Source of the DNA: Sphingomonas sp. | Lineage (GTDB): Bacteria > Pseudomonadota > Alphaproteobacteria > Sphingomonadales > Sphingomonadaceae | Length of the DNA stretch: 64,000 nucleotides | NCBI RefSeq assembly: GCF_035944535.1 | Contig: NZ_DASZBC010000002.1 | Location: 34,638 to 98,637, forward strand | Direction of reading: 5' to 3' | Shown here: in pieces, positions 60,952 to 64,000 of the stretch | Layout: each line of letters starts with the position of its first letter | How positions within the stretch are numbered: position 1 is the stretch's first letter | Position numbers and translations under genes: made by a program | The notes under the pieces: generated by a model | Databases searched by the model: none | What the model was told of the DNA's origin: nothing | Seen by the model: the letters and a program-made list of their open reading frames with translations, nothing else

Positions 60952-61802
60952 TGTTCGAAGGCAGAAAAGTGTGGATCACGGGCGCGTCGTCCGGCATCGG
61001 CGCGGCGCTGGCGGAGGCGTTCGCGGCAGAGGGCGCGCGGCTGGTGCTGTCCGGGCGCAGGCGCGAGGCGCTGGCGGAGGTCGGGGCGCGGGTGCAGCCG
61101 GATGCGGTGCTGCTGCCGTTCGAGGCAACCGACTGGGCGGCGCTGCCGGAAGCGGTCGCGACGGCGGGCGAGGTGGACGTGCTCGTCAACAATGCCGGCA
61201 TCAGCCAGCGGAGTCTTGCCGTCGACACCAGGCCCGAAGTCTACAAGGCGCTGATCGAGACCGACCTGCTTGCCCCCATCTGGCTGACCCAGCTGGTGCT
61301 GCCCGCCATGGTCGAGCGGGGGCGCGGCGGGCACATCGTCGGGATCAGCTCGGTCGCGGGGCGCGTCGGAACAGTGCTCCGGACCGGCTATTGCGCGGCC
61401 AAGCACGGGCTGATCGGCTATCTCGACGCGCTGCGCGCCGAGGTGGAGCTGGCCTATGGCATCAAGGTCACTACGGTGCTGCCGGGTTCGGTCAGGACGC
61501 AGGTTGCGGCCAATGCGCTGGTGGCGGACGGGTCGGCCCGAGGCGAGTCGGACGTCAACATCGATGCGGGGATGGAGCCGGCGGAATGCGCGCGGCGGAT
61601 CCTGGCCGGCATGAAGGCAGGCACGCGCGAGATCATCGTCGCGGAGGGCGGCGAGGCGCGCGGCGCGGCGTTGCGCTTTGCCGATCCGGAACGGCTGTTC
61701 GGCCTGCTCGCCCAGGAAGGTGCGCGGCTGGCGGAGGAGCGGGCGAAGGGGGCGCGGCCGGAGCCGGCGCCGGTCAGGCGGACTTTGCCTGAGCGCCAGT
61801 GA
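60951..61802 (+). CDS. SDR family oxidoreductase
   Basis: 283 aa, GTG start. TGASSGIG motif and YCAAKHG catalytic motif. Confidence 0.88.
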   Translation: MFEGRKVWITGASSGIGAALAEAFAAEGARLVLSGRRREALAEVGARVQPDAVLLPFEATDWAALPEAVATAGEVDVLVNNAGISQRSLAVDTRPEVYKALIETDLLAPIWLTQLVLPAMVERGRGGHIVGISSVAGRVGTVLRTGYCAAKHGLIGYLDALRAEVELAYGIKVTTVLPGSVRTQVAANALVADGSARGESDVNIDAGMEPAECARRILAGMKAGTREIIVAEGGEARGAALRFADPERLFGLLAQEGARLAEERAKGARPEPAPVRRTLPERQ

Positions 61803-61989
61803 CGGGGATCGGATCGGCGCCGGCCGGCAGCAGCGCCACCTTGCGCGCGCCGGACCAGAGTTCGCAATCGACTGAGGGCGCGACTTTCCGGCCAGCGGCG
61901 ATCGCGTCGTCATCATTCTCGGCAAGCAGCTCGTGCCGGCGCGTGATCCGCCCGCTGCGATCCAGGCAGTAAAGCTTATACTCGGCCAT
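61774..61989 (-). CDS. small hypothetical protein, paralog 1 of a three-member family (71 aa)
   Basis: MAEYKLYCLDRSGRITRRHELLAENDDDAIAAGRKVAPSVDCELWSGARKV.. Shares Y+LY..(4-5)G+I..RH..(5-6)DD..A..(n)E(L/I)W with 62963-63148 and 63669-63854. Confidence 0.65.
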   Translation of the reverse strand: MAEYKLYCLDRSGRITRRHELLAENDDDAIAAGRKVAPSVDCELWSGARKVALLPAGADPIPVTGAQAKSA

Positions 61990-62118
61990 GGACCACCCCC
62001 GACCAGCTTCATAGCCGAGTCGGCGACGTGCGTCTGTCCTCCAGCCGACATAGTGTGACGCTCGCCACTGCATTCGTCGCGCGATAGGCTAGCCCCAAGG
62101 GCAACAGGGAGGACATGA

Positions 62119-62568
62119 GTGAAGAGACTGCTGGCTTTGGGCCTTATCGCCGCGGCGCCCGCCGCTGCCACTGCCGCGCCGCCAATGCCGCGCTGGACCG
62201 CGGCGGGCATGGACCATGCGGGCCGGACGATCGAAATCGACCGCAACTCATTGAACTGGCGTTCGGTGCAGCGGGCCTGGTGGCGTGTTTCCTATCCGGA
62301 GCCCCGGCGCGACGGCACGGTCGAGGAACGGCATCTGGAGCTGGTCGATTGCCGCGACGGCACGTCGGCGGTGATCCGGATCGTGTCGCTGGACGGCACC
62401 GGCCGGGTGCTGAACGAGCAGGTCGATGGCGAGGAACTGGCGCTGCAGCGGCTGAGCCCGCCGACGCCCGACACGGCCGGGGAGACGGTAACGCGGGAAG
62501 CCTGCCGCCTCCGCCCGCCGCCCCCGCCTCCTCCGCCGCGTAAGCGCATGATGCAGAAGCAAAAATAA
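62119..62568 (+). CDS. secreted hypothetical protein with poly-Pro/basic C-terminal tail
   Basis: GTG 62119, 8 nt after GGGAGG. Signal peptide MKRLLALGLIAAAPAAATA. C-terminus PPPPPPPPRKRMMQKQK. Confidence 0.65.
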   Translation: MKRLLALGLIAAAPAAATAAPPMPRWTAAGMDHAGRTIEIDRNSLNWRSVQRAWWRVSYPEPRRDGTVEERHLELVDCRDGTSAVIRIVSLDGTGRVLNEQVDGEELALQRLSPPTPDTAGETVTREACRLRPPPPPPPPRKRMMQKQK

Positions 62569-62772
62569 TTTGTCCCTTTTTGGAACAGGAGGGCGTGCTC
62601 GGGCATTCTACCCTCCGAGAGCTTGAAGAACCCCCCTTCCCCAAGCTCCGATACCGCCCCGCTCAGGCCCTCACCCCCCCGGTGCCTGGCGGGGCATTTT
62701 CGTTTCCGGACGGCGCAATTATAACTTTGTCTATGTCGGGAACCCGACATAGCCTCTGGTGGTTCAACCGCC

Positions 62773-62958
62773 GTGATCAGTGATAGCGTCTATCTTCGCC
62801 AACAGGCCGAACGCTGCCGCCGCCTCGCCGCCGACTGTTCGGACGCCCGCACCGCCCATTCGCTGCGCCTTATGGCTGAGGATTACACCTCCCGCGCGGC
62901 CGCCGCTGCGGCGCGAGAGCCGGTCGAGTTCATGCTGGTCGAGACGCGTCAGGGTTGA
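62773..62958 (+). CDS. small hypothetical protein (61 aa)
   Basis: (M)ISDSVYLRQQAERCRRLAADCSDARTAHSLRLMAEDYTSRA.., predicted helical, GTG start. From memory, it resembles small proteins that are multicopy in alphaproteobacteria. Confidence 0.5.
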   Translation: MISDSVYLRQQAERCRRLAADCSDARTAHSLRLMAEDYTSRAAAAAAREPVEFMLVETRQG

Positions 62959-62962
62959 TCGT

Positions 62963-63148
62963 TCAGATCGTCGAGACGTGGCGGGCCGGGGCGCTGCTCA
63001 GGTCCCAGAGTTCGCGCGCGCCCTCGCGGCGAAGCGCGGCGGCGCGGCGCAGCGCCTCGCGGTCATCGCGCGCCTCGAAGTCGCGGTGGCGTATGATCTT
63101 GCCATGTTTGACCGTGTAGAGGCGGTAAAGCCTGTGCGCGTGATCCAA
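62963..63148 (-). CDS. small hypothetical protein, paralog 2 (61 aa, TTG start)
   Basis: (M)DHAHRLYRLYTVKHGKIIRHRDFEARDDREALRRAAALRREGARELWDLS.. TTG 63148 lies 7 nt after AAGGGG. The longer ATG extension is low-complexity. Confidence 0.55.
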   Translation of the reverse strand: MDHAHRLYRLYTVKHGKIIRHRDFEARDDREALRRAAALRREGARELWDLSSAPARHVSTI

Positions 63149-63254
63149 GTGGAACCCCTTCCGTTCCAATGCCTTTGACGGAAAGAGCCTGAACCCCGGC
63201 TTGCTGGCGCCTGGGCCCGGCGGAGCCGGACGGGCGGATGCGCGTTGCCGAAAA

Positions 63255-63665
63255 ATGGACCGCATCTTTACCCATGTTGCAACGCGCATCGCAACGGCGG
63301 CGGGCCAGCCGCAGACGTTCTTGGTCGCCCTGCTGGTAATTCTGGGCTGGGGGCTGTCAGGCCCCTATTTCGGCTATTCCGACACCTGGCAGCTGGTCGT
63401 GAACACGGCAACGACGGTCGTTACCTTCCTGATGGTCTTCGTCATCCAGAACAGCCAGAACCGGGACGCGGCGGCGATGCAGGCCAAGCTGGACGAGATG
63501 TTGCGCGCGCTGGAGAAAGCGCGCGAGCAGTTCATCGGCATCGAGCATCTGACCGACCGCCAGATCGAGGACCTGCGCGCCGCGCTTGAGCGGGAAGTCG
63601 GCAAGGAACCGGGCAAGCCGGGAACCGCTGACGACACGGTGGAGCGTTTGCTCGAACGTTACTGA
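63255..63665 (+). CDS. low-affinity iron permease family protein (Fet4-like small membrane protein)
   Basis: ATG 63255. MDRIFTHVATRIATAAGQP..FLVALLVILGWGLSGPYFGYSDTWQLVVNTATTVVTFLMVFVIQNSQNRD is typical of that family. Confidence 0.75.
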   Translation: MDRIFTHVATRIATAAGQPQTFLVALLVILGWGLSGPYFGYSDTWQLVVNTATTVVTFLMVFVIQNSQNRDAAAMQAKLDEMLRALEKAREQFIGIEHLTDRQIEDLRAALEREVGKEPGKPGTADDTVERLLERY

Positions 63666-63668
63666 GGC

Positions 63669-63854
63669 TCAGGCGCGCTGACGATTGCCGGTCAGCGATG
63701 CGAGGCGGCGCGGGCCCTGCCATATCTCGGCGCCAAAGCCATCGGGGCAGATGACTGCCTGGGCCAACGCGGCGTCATCGTCCGACGCCTGATAGTCGTG
63801 CCGGTCCTTGATCCGACCATCGGCACGGAGACAGTAGAGCCGGTAATCCTGCAT
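63669..63854 (-). CDS. small hypothetical protein, paralog 3 (61 aa)
   Basis: MQDYRLYCLRADGRIKDRHDYQASDDDAALAQAVICPDGFGAEIWQGPRRL.. Confidence 0.65.
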   Translation of the reverse strand: MQDYRLYCLRADGRIKDRHDYQASDDDAALAQAVICPDGFGAEIWQGPRRLASLTGNRQRA

Positions 63855-64000
63855 CGCATTTTCCCCTGCGAAACAGGTGGTTAAGCGAGTCGCGAACCAA
63901 TCGCCTTCACAAGGATCATGTTGACCGAAAAAAAGAGCGCATGCGGTGACGATCCCAAGCTAAGCCGTTCAAACGAAACATATGTTCAGTATAGCGCGCC

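Noticed and set aside
60674-61792. 372-aa plus-strand ORF in an alternative frame over the hypothetical and SDR genes
   Set aside because: It is a Gly/Arg/Ala low-complexity frame. The SDR frame carries the TGASSGIG and YxxxK motifs.
62739-62764. Possible EcfG-type general-stress promoter (GGAAC-N16/17-CGTT) upstream of the small-ORF cluster; also GGAGC-N16-CGTT at 63222-63246 and GGAAC/GTTCC at 63151-63169
   Set aside because: The matches are imperfect (GGAAC-N17-GGTT). The spacing to the start codons would require leaderless mRNAs. The paralog-1 intergenic region has no GGAAC at all. This is not convincing without TSS data.

Overview
This is a G+C-rich, densely coding alphaproteobacterial chromosome segment. 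It looks Sphingomonadaceae-like, which I infer from gene content and repeat families, not from a search.

Most of the window is housekeeping:
- DUF4167-prmC-prfA-hisS, an M61 peptidase, ppa, and a thiolase/type-II HADH pair
- TamA/TamB, an OPT transporter, a DUF853 ATPase, tldD and nadB
- a tandem glycine riboswitch driving gcvT-gcvH-(methyltransferase)-gcvPA-gcvPB
- an acyl-CoA catabolic cluster (ligase, esterase, amidase, two ACADs, tesB)
- ispG, pnuC with a NadR-like kinase, and lepA

I saw no rRNA, tRNA, CRISPR, transposase or integrase.

Almost every intergenic gap carries one of at least five families of palindromic REP/MITE-like elements (22 copies listed). Two copies sit inside reading frames.

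The main accessory segment is ~55.9-59.7 kb. A visibly AT-richer two-gene insertion lies directly after lepA. It encodes an ABC/SMC-type ATPase whose 3' end overlaps the start of a DUF4435/TOPRIM-like gene, the architecture of PARIS/AbiL defence systems. It is divergent from an HNH nuclease gene whose likely ATG is cut off by a 1-nt frameshift.

At 61.8-63.9 kb there are three paralogous ~60-70-aa ORFs, each tail-to-tail with a plus-strand gene.

Start codons were re-evaluated by hand because the ORF track gives maximal extensions. The many long antisense ORFs are GC-driven shadows.
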